Shown here: piece after piece, positions 58,121-64,000 of the stretch
How the letters are laid out: every line of letters starts with the position of its first letter
Numbering within the stretch: position 1 is the first letter of the stretch
Source of the DNA: an uncultured Bacteriovoracaceae bacterium
GTDB taxonomy: Bacteria; Bdellovibrionota; UBA2394
NCBI GenBank assembly: GCA_964655245.1
Contig: CAZZLQ010000001.1
Coordinates: 2,537 to 66,536, forward strand
Length of the DNA: 64,000 bases
Direction of reading: 5' to 3'
Translations under genes and position numbers: made by a program
The notes under the pieces: generated by a model
Databases searched by the model: none
The model's input: the letters and a program-made list of their open reading frames with translations, nothing else
Told to the model about the DNA's origin: nothing

Positions 58121-59305
58121 ATGTTGTCTGTGCTGCCGAATTTGGTTCTTTCAGCTCTTGTCGGAGTTTCCTCAGCACCTCTTCATGAGATGACCAATGC
58201 CGCTCTTCTGAAGGGCCGAGATGCTTTTGTGTGGCAGTATCGTGGCTGTCCTCAAATGATGGTTCACTTTAAATCCTGGAACGAGTTGCAAATGCGTCCT
58301 CCTTTGATTGTCCATACGTCCATGTCCGATCGTGGCTTGCAAGTCGCAGAGATTCAGTGGGAAGCGCTCCAATCAATCGAGCGTTTGAGTCGCGATGTTT
58401 ATTTTTTGGTGAGCTGCGAAGACTTGGCCCTGGCCTCCTTGCTTCATGTGATGGGCAAGCCTATTGACAACTTTGAGCCGAAGTTCTCAGCGGTGGAGAA
58501 GGCGGAGCATTTGAAACTCAAGCGCACATTTCCACGATTTTCGGAGGCGAGTTTTGTGTGGGCAGAGGGGCCCTTTTTGGATGCTTTATCCGTTCGACCC
58601 TGGATTTGGGCGCCTCTGGGAATTAGTCAGAGAGGGGTTTGGGTAGTCAGTCTCGAGTCAGATAGCCCTCATTTGGAGCAGGAGGTGGGGCGAGTCCTTC
58701 AGTCACTTTCGGATCAAAATTCTGTGAGGAGGTGGTCGTGGTCTGAGCCTCATTTTGAGCATGAAAAACAGTTTGAGATTTTTGGCTTTCTTTTGCCGTG
58801 GATCCAGAGACTGAAGTCCATCTTGAATCCTCGGGAGTTCTTTTTTGAAAAAAATTGGCAGGAGGATTTAGTCGGACATTGGAAGTTTGCTGGCCGACGC
58901 GAAGACAGTGTGTTGATTCAGTACGAGTTTTTAGGGGGACGAGAGGTGAGTGAGTTGGAGTCTCAGCTGATCCTTGCTCTGGATAAAACGGGGCTGTCGA
59001 ATCATCTCAAGTATCGTCAGATTTACTTTAGGCCCTTTCTGCGCAGTCCTTTGTTTGGACATGAGGTGGAGGGAATCTTAGAGGCGCTCGAGGAGGTTCC
59101 TCAGGTGAAGCCAGCCCCTGTTATCTCAAGCGTTGAAAGCCCATCGTATCTGTTTCGCCAGCAAGGATTTCCAACGCTTGAGCTGAGCGCGCTTTACAGT
59201 TTGCATGCTCCAACGGAGAGGAGGGCACATGAAGATTTTCAGGAGGCGCGAGCAAAGGCCGTTGCTATCCACCGCGAGATCTTTCGCCAGATCATGCAAA
59301 GATAG
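58121..59305 (+). CDS. Hypothetical protein
   Basis: 394-aa ORF with good coding potential and no recognisable motif; its 3' end overlaps the ComF-like gene. Confidence 0.45.
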   Translation: MLSVLPNLVLSALVGVSSAPLHEMTNAALLKGRDAFVWQYRGCPQMMVHFKSWNELQMRPPLIVHTSMSDRGLQVAEIQWEALQSIERLSRDVYFLVSCEDLALASLLHVMGKPIDNFEPKFSAVEKAEHLKLKRTFPRFSEASFVWAEGPFLDALSVRPWIWAPLGISQRGVWVVSLESDSPHLEQEVGRVLQSLSDQNSVRRWSWSEPHFEHEKQFEIFGFLLPWIQRLKSILNPREFFFEKNWQEDLVGHWKFAGRREDSVLIQYEFLGGREVSELESQLILALDKTGLSNHLKYRQIYFRPFLRSPLFGHEVEGILEALEEVPQVKPAPVISSVESPSYLFRQQGFPTLELSALYSLHAPTERRAHEDFQEARAKAVAIHREIFRQIMQR

Positions 59306-59912
59306 CTTTCTCTCTCTTGCGCCCCCTTGTTGGGGATGTGAGGCCCCCTCTTGGAAAAGTGTTTGTTTAAAATGTTTAGACTCAGGTCGACTTTCAAAGG
59401 CTATCACGCCTCACGATTCTGAGGCGGGACTCAGCTTTTTGTCCGAGTTTTCGTATTCAAAATGGGGCGAGAAAGTTTTGTGGCACTATAAAGAGCGCTC
59501 CTCACCCGAAGTGATTTCCGAAATCATTCCACACCTACGAGTGCCCATCCAAAGGGATGAAGTTGATGCCTTGATCTATGTTGCATCAGATCCCGTATCG
59601 AATCGTAGGAGATTCTTTGATCCATCCGAGGAGCTTGCTCGCCAGTTATCTCGAGCCTGGAGCATCCCACTTGTTTCGAAGGTCTTTCATCGGATTCCTC
59701 AAATGTTCGCCCAGAAGGATCTTTCTCGCCAGCAGCGTCGCCTTTGGGCTTCGCGGTTGATCTCAATTCGAAGTGAGAAGCTCGCTGGGTATGAGAGAGT
59801 TTTGCTGGTCGATGATCTTGTCACAACAGGTGAGACGCTGAGAGCTCATATCGGGCTTTTAAAGGCCATTGGGGTGAAGGTTAAGGCCTGGACTTTGTTT
59901 CAAAAATTCTGA
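59229..59912 (+). CDS. ComF-family protein (phosphoribosyltransferase-like, N-terminal zinc finger)
   Basis: C-x2-C-x8-C-x2-C (CWGCEAPSWKSVCLKCLD) followed by the PRTase motif VLLVDDLVTTGETL. The start is uncertain (ATG 59229 or TTG 59262) and overlaps the upstream gene. Confidence 0.6.
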   Translation: MKIFRRREQRPLLSTARSFARSCKDSFLSLAPPCWGCEAPSWKSVCLKCLDSGRLSKAITPHDSEAGLSFLSEFSYSKWGEKVLWHYKERSSPEVISEIIPHLRVPIQRDEVDALIYVASDPVSNRRRFFDPSEELARQLSRAWSIPLVSKVFHRIPQMFAQKDLSRQQRRLWASRLISIRSEKLAGYERVLLVDDLVTTGETLRAHIGLLKAIGVKVKAWTLFQKF

Positions 59913-59982
59913 GCCGGCTGGCTATCTTTGGGTTTGGAAATTTTGCAAACTCCGGTCAATATGGCCCCGGAGGCCCCAACTT

Positions 59983-60300
59983 ATGGTTTCATTGCTCTTT
60001 AGCTTGTTAACACTTTCTTCCGATGGGGGGGGTGAGGTTGTTTTGGAGTTGGCGTATGAACCAAAGCACTGTGTAACAACCCCTTGCCCTCAGTTTCGAA
60101 TTCTTTCAGCCATCAAGGGGGAAATGCCCCGACAGGTCGCTGCTGATTTAGTGAACTTAGATCCTGCCAAGTCGGCCCTGTCTGCTTTTCGTCAGGTGCG
60201 AGTGACGGGCACCTACGTTGAGTTAGAAGGAGTCACTCAAATCAAAGTCTCTCGTTGGGAAGTCATGGTCCGAGAAAATCTTGAGGAGCAGGGTAAGTAA
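59983..60300 (+). CDS. Hypothetical small protein upstream of glmU
   Basis: 105-aa ORF with a hydrophobic N-terminus (MVSLLFSLLTLSS), ending 2 nt before the glmU start. Confidence 0.4.
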   Translation: MVSLLFSLLTLSSDGGGEVVLELAYEPKHCVTTPCPQFRILSAIKGEMPRQVAADLVNLDPAKSALSAFRQVRVTGTYVELEGVTQIKVSRWEVMVRENLEEQGK

Positions 60301-60302
60301 CA

Positions 60303-61712
60303 ATGTCTCGAGATCGAATCAGTTTGGTGTTGGCGGCTGGAGCAAGTACTCGGATGAAATCAAAGAAGTCCAAGCTGCTTCATCATGTTTTGGGTCGGCC
60401 CGCTATTTATTGGGCCCTTGATCAGGCTCGATGGTTCTCTGATCGAGTTGTTGTCGTGGTTGGGCATCAGCGTGATGAACTGATGAAAGTTGTGGCTGAT
60501 TATCATCTCGATGTGGATATCAAATTTGCAGTGCAGACTGAGCAAAAGGGGACGGCTCACGCAGTTCAATCGGCCTTCAGCGAGATTGAAAAATGGAAGC
60601 CCCAAGATGCCGATGTATTCATCATGGGTGGCGATGCGTTTTTGCTTCAGCGCGAGACTCTCGAGGAGTTTTCCAAAGTTCATCAGACAACGGGTTCAGT
60701 TCTTTCCTTGATGACGGCGGTTTTAGATGATGCTGGTGCGTATGGTCGGATCGTTCGAAATGACCGGGGCCAGATTGAAAAGATTGTTGAGGCAAAAGAG
60801 GCTTCACGTGCTGAGCTTGGTATTCGAGAAATGAATGCAGGGTTTTATTGTGCCGACTGGCATTTTCTTCAGGAAACGCTGCGTGGCGTCTCGAACACCA
60901 ATCGATCCAACGAATTTTATCTGACAGATCTTGTCAGTTTGGCTCGCTCTCAAAATCGACTGGTCCAGACACTCATGATTCCCTATCAGGAAAGTTTGGG
61001 AATCAATACTCAAGAGGATCTTGCGACCGTTGCATCGATCTTTCAAGGGCGAGTGAATTCATATTGGATGGGTATCGGTACTGAGATGATGTCTCCGTCG
61101 TCAGTTTGGATTGATGCTGATGTGGAATTGGGCCAGGGGGTTTGCTTGGAACCTGGAGTCATCCTGAAAGGGCAGACAAAGATTTTTGCTGACTCTCGAA
61201 TAGGGGCCTATTCGGTGATTGAAAATTCTGAGATTGGCCAAGGCTCGGTTGTGGAGGCTTATTCACACATCAAAGACGCACGAGTAGGCGTTCAAAATAA
61301 GATTGGACCCTACGCAAGATTGAGGCCTGGCGCTGTTTTGGATTCTGAAGTTCATGTGGGTAATTTTGTTGAGATTAAGAAGTCTCATCTGGGCGAAGGG
61401 TCGAAGGCCAATCACTTGAGTTACATTGGGGACTCGACGATTGGAAAGAGATGCAACGTAGGCGCTGGAACAATCACATGTAATTATGATGGATTTCACA
61501 AATACGAGACTGTCTTGGAAGACGGCGTGTTTATTGGCTCAAACTCATCTCTGGTTGCGCCCGTGACCATCGGGGCAGGCTCCATCGTGGGAGCTGGTTC
61601 TGTCATCACAAAGGATGTAGATCCGAATGCCATTGCACTTGAGCGATCTGATCAGCGCGAGTTAAAAGGAGCAGCTGAGAAGTTTCGTCAGCGAAAGAAA
61701 AGAGAGCATTAA
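60303..61712 (+). CDS. glmU: Bifunctional UDP-N-acetylglucosamine pyrophosphorylase / glucosamine-1-phosphate N-acetyltransferase
   Basis: N-terminal nucleotidyltransferase domain (LVLAAGASTRMKS..K.L) and C-terminal left-handed beta-helix hexapeptide repeats; 469 aa. Confidence 0.9.
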   Translation: MSRDRISLVLAAGASTRMKSKKSKLLHHVLGRPAIYWALDQARWFSDRVVVVVGHQRDELMKVVADYHLDVDIKFAVQTEQKGTAHAVQSAFSEIEKWKPQDADVFIMGGDAFLLQRETLEEFSKVHQTTGSVLSLMTAVLDDAGAYGRIVRNDRGQIEKIVEAKEASRAELGIREMNAGFYCADWHFLQETLRGVSNTNRSNEFYLTDLVSLARSQNRLVQTLMIPYQESLGINTQEDLATVASIFQGRVNSYWMGIGTEMMSPSSVWIDADVELGQGVCLEPGVILKGQTKIFADSRIGAYSVIENSEIGQGSVVEAYSHIKDARVGVQNKIGPYARLRPGAVLDSEVHVGNFVEIKKSHLGEGSKANHLSYIGDSTIGKRCNVGAGTITCNYDGFHKYETVLEDGVFIGSNSSLVAPVTIGAGSIVGAGSVITKDVDPNAIALERSDQRELKGAAEKFRQRKKREH

Positions 61713-61715
61713 AGA

Positions 61716-63560
61716 ATGTGTGGAATTGTTGGATATGTAGGTCATCGAGAAGCCACCGCGATTGTGATTTCGGGTCTGAGGCGGCTCGAGTATCGAGGCT
61801 ATGACTCAGCGGGGGTTGCTGCGATTGAAAATGGAGCACATCATCCTGCGCGTTTAAGGATCAAGCGTTGTGAGGGGAAGATCGAAAATCTCATGAAGTC
61901 GATTGAGAAGGATCCTATCTCGGGTTCTTCGGCGATCGGGCACACTCGTTGGGCGACGCATGGTCGGCCCTCGGAAAGAAATGCTCATCCTCATCGCTAT
62001 CAGGATGTTGTGATTGTGCACAATGGGATCATCGAGAATTACTCTGATCTCAAAGCTCAGCTTCAAAAGAAGGGACATGAGTTTTCATCGGAAACGGATT
62101 CGGAAGTGATTGCACATCTGCTTCAGGTAGCTCTGGATCAGACTAAGAATTTTGAATCAGCCTGTCAGAAGATGGTCGGCCAGTTGAAGGGGGCTTTTGC
62201 GATTACTGCCGTTTGGATTCATCAGCCGAAAACTCTCTTCGTGGCTAAGAATCAGTGTCCCATCGTTCTGGGTCTGGGAGAGCATGAAAAGTTTGTCGCT
62301 TCGGATATTCCTGCGCTCTTGGATTATACGAGAGAATTTATCTTTCTGGATGATCGTGAGATGGCCTTCATTGAGCCTGAGCGAGTCATCGTAAAGACAT
62401 TCGCGGGTAGCAAGATTCAAAAGAAGAGCAAAAAGATCGAGTGGTCTTTGGCGATGGCTGAGAAAGAGGGCTATCCGCATTTCATGCTCAAGGAGATTCA
62501 TGAGCAGCCCAGGGTGATTCAGGACTCTTTGCGTGGACGTATCTTGCCGAAGTTCGATGGGGTTCACTTTGAGAATGTGAAGTGGACCTCGGCTCAGTGG
62601 AAAAAGTTCAAGGCGTTGAACCTCGTGGCGTGCGGGACTGCTTGGCATGCCTCGTTACTGGGTAAGTATTGGATTGAGCAATTCGCCCGTATTCCAGTCG
62701 ATGTCGATTTGGCTTCAGAGTTTCGCTACCGAAATCCCGTTGTTCAAAAGGACTCGCTCTGTGTCGCCGTTTCTCAGTCAGGAGAAACAGCCGATACCTT
62801 GGCAGCAATTACTGAGGGCATGCGGCTGAAGCAATCAGCGCTCGCGATTACAAATACCGTCGAGAGTTCATTGGCTCGTAAAGCGAAGAATGTGATTTAT
62901 ACTCATGCTGGCCCTGAGATCTCTGTGGCCTCGACGAAGTGCTTCATTGCCCAGTTGACGGCTCTTTATCTGCTGGGAGTTCATCTTGCAAAGGTGAGGG
63001 GAACTCAATCTCAGAAGTGGATTAAGCAGGCCCTGATCGATCTCAACTCTGTTCCTGAAAAGCTTGAAGAGGTGCTTAAGCAAAACGATCGAATCAAGTC
63101 GATTGCTCAAAAGTACTCAAGTTTTGGGCAATATTTTTATTTGGGACGAGGTCTCTCCTATCCTTTGGCACTCGAAGGGGCGTTGAAGCTTAAAGAGATC
63201 GCGTATGTCAATACTCAGGCTTACTCAGCAGGTGAAATGAAGCATGGACCGATTGCTTTAATATCAGACGACTGGCCAGTTGTTTGCATTGCCCCGCAAG
63301 ATGGCATTCACGACAAAATGATCTCAAACGTTGAAGAAGTGAAGGCAAGAGGCGGTCGCGTGATCTTGATTGGGACCGAAGGAGACTCAAAAGCAGAGGC
63401 GCTGGCTTCTGAGTGGATTCCTTTGCCTGAGGTTCGAACCGAGCTTTATCCCTTTGTCGCTTCTGTGGTGTTGCAGCTGTATGCCTACCATATGGCCGTC
63501 CTTCGCGGTACTGACGTGGATAAGCCCAAGAATCTAGCTAAGTCTGTGACAGTCGAATAA
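61716..63560 (+). CDS. glmS: Glutamine--fructose-6-phosphate aminotransferase (isomerising)
   Basis: Class-II glutamine amidotransferase start MCGIVGY, two SIS domains and the conserved C-terminus (...DKPKNLAKSVTVE). Confidence 0.95.
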   Translation: MCGIVGYVGHREATAIVISGLRRLEYRGYDSAGVAAIENGAHHPARLRIKRCEGKIENLMKSIEKDPISGSSAIGHTRWATHGRPSERNAHPHRYQDVVIVHNGIIENYSDLKAQLQKKGHEFSSETDSEVIAHLLQVALDQTKNFESACQKMVGQLKGAFAITAVWIHQPKTLFVAKNQCPIVLGLGEHEKFVASDIPALLDYTREFIFLDDREMAFIEPERVIVKTFAGSKIQKKSKKIEWSLAMAEKEGYPHFMLKEIHEQPRVIQDSLRGRILPKFDGVHFENVKWTSAQWKKFKALNLVACGTAWHASLLGKYWIEQFARIPVDVDLASEFRYRNPVVQKDSLCVAVSQSGETADTLAAITEGMRLKQSALAITNTVESSLARKAKNVIYTHAGPEISVASTKCFIAQLTALYLLGVHLAKVRGTQSQKWIKQALIDLNSVPEKLEEVLKQNDRIKSIAQKYSSFGQYFYLGRGLSYPLALEGALKLKEIAYVNTQAYSAGEMKHGPIALISDDWPVVCIAPQDGIHDKMISNVEEVKARGGRVILIGTEGDSKAEALASEWIPLPEVRTELYPFVASVVLQLYAYHMAVLRGTDVDKPKNLAKSVTVE

Positions 63561-63565
63561 AAAAG

Positions 63566-63592
63566 GGGATCGAGTCTCGATCCCCTTTTTCA
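63566..63592. terminator. Rho-independent (bidirectional) terminator after glmS
   Basis: GGGGATCGAG-tct-CGATCCCC followed by TTTTTC and preceded by AAAAA. Confidence 0.85.
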
Positions 63593-63612
63593 ATCAGTCT
63601 TCTATCGAATTC

Positions 63613-64000
63613 TTAGGTAAACTTTTTTGGCCCTTCGTTGCCGAAGAACTCTTCAATGATCCGTTTGGAAACAGTAATGATTTGTTTGTTTCTCAAATAG
63701 ACAACATACGCATCTAAAATCTTTTTGATATTGGGCGAAACGTCTTCAAATCGAAGTCCCATACCCAAATGTTCGCGGCCCTTCTTGCGATTGACCGCCC
63801 AGTTAACTCGAACAACGGATGCGCCTACCTGCAATGACCCAAGGTCTCCTGGGAGTTGCAACTGAATCTCAATTTTCTTTTTTGGGCTTAAAATCTTTTC
63901 GGTTTTGATGAATAAACCATCATTCGTGATATCGCCGACATCGGCCTCGTGTTCAACCCCATCCAAAACATAACGAATTCTCTCTTCAAGAAGAGGAATT
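63613..64000 (-). CDS. PilZ-domain protein (c-di-GMP receptor-like), 5' end beyond the window
   Basis: The frame stays open to the window edge (...IPLLEERIRYVLDGVEHEADVGDITNDGLFIKT...). D-I-T-x-x-G fits the PilZ D/NxSxxG motif and an R-rich segment lies upstream. Confidence 0.55.
   Translation of the reverse strand, partial: IPLLEERIRYVLDGVEHEADVGDITNDGLFIKTEKILSPKKKIEIQLQLPGDLGSLQVGASVVRVNWAVNRKKGREHLGMGLRFEDVSPNIKKILDAYVVYLRNKQIITVSKRIIEEFFGNEGPKKFT

Noticed and set aside
63613-64000. Whether the PilZ-like ORF starts at the ATG at 63966
   Set aside because: The reading frame stays open to the window edge (upstream residues ...IPLLEERIRYVL), so the gene is called 5'-truncated rather than starting at 63966.

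Overview
The first ~22 kb is a conserved ribosomal-protein superoperon on the + strand: the 3' end of rpoC, then the str (rpsL-rpsG-fusA-tuf), S10, spc and alpha operons (rpsJ through rplQ, with secY, adk, map, rpmJ and rpoA) as one contiguous collinear block. infA and rpsD are absent from their usual positions. Several ribosomal proteins carry lysine-rich or acidic terminal extensions, and EF-Tu has an apparent small insertion in switch I. GC content is about 50%. The gene content and order (Ig-like lipoproteins, YD-repeat protein, tlpA, rluB/rimO) are loosely reminiscent of Bdellovibrio-like bacteria, but this is a tentative inference only. The remaining ~42 kb is mixed housekeeping and accessory DNA. 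On the + strand: a TlpA-like thioredoxin, a small zinc-ribbon protein, an RluB-like pseudouridine synthase, a RelA/SpoT-fold (small-alarmone-synthetase-like) protein translationally coupled between rluB and rimO, tRNA-Thr(CGU), a DUF502 membrane protein and a short divergent flagellin-fold protein. On the - strand: lon-clpX-clpP-tig, a secreted protein built from four ~100-aa tandem repeats, tRNA-Leu(UAG), an AzgA-type purine permease (+ strand), tRNA-Pro(CGG), a YD-repeat protein, ubiB and rnr. Further on: a C-terminal-Phe outer-membrane protein, tRNA-Leu(GAG), a nucleotide-sugar dehydrogenase and a four-gene minus-strand operon centred on a degenerate heavy-metal P-type-ATPase-like membrane protein (DKTGT replaced), flanked by an alpha/beta hydrolase, a HEAT-repeat protein and a secreted protein. 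The window ends with purB, a minus-strand operon of three paralogous Ig-like lipoproteins with two stacked perfect hairpins inside it, two small membrane proteins, ald, a pseudo-receiver/coiled-coil protein, a ComF-like protein, glmU-glmS and a 5'-truncated PilZ-domain gene. No CRISPR array, rRNA or obvious mobile element was seen. The most notable candidates are the RelA/SpoT-like protein, the dead P1B-ATPase operon, the tandem-repeat protein and the D0/D1-only flagellin-like protein.
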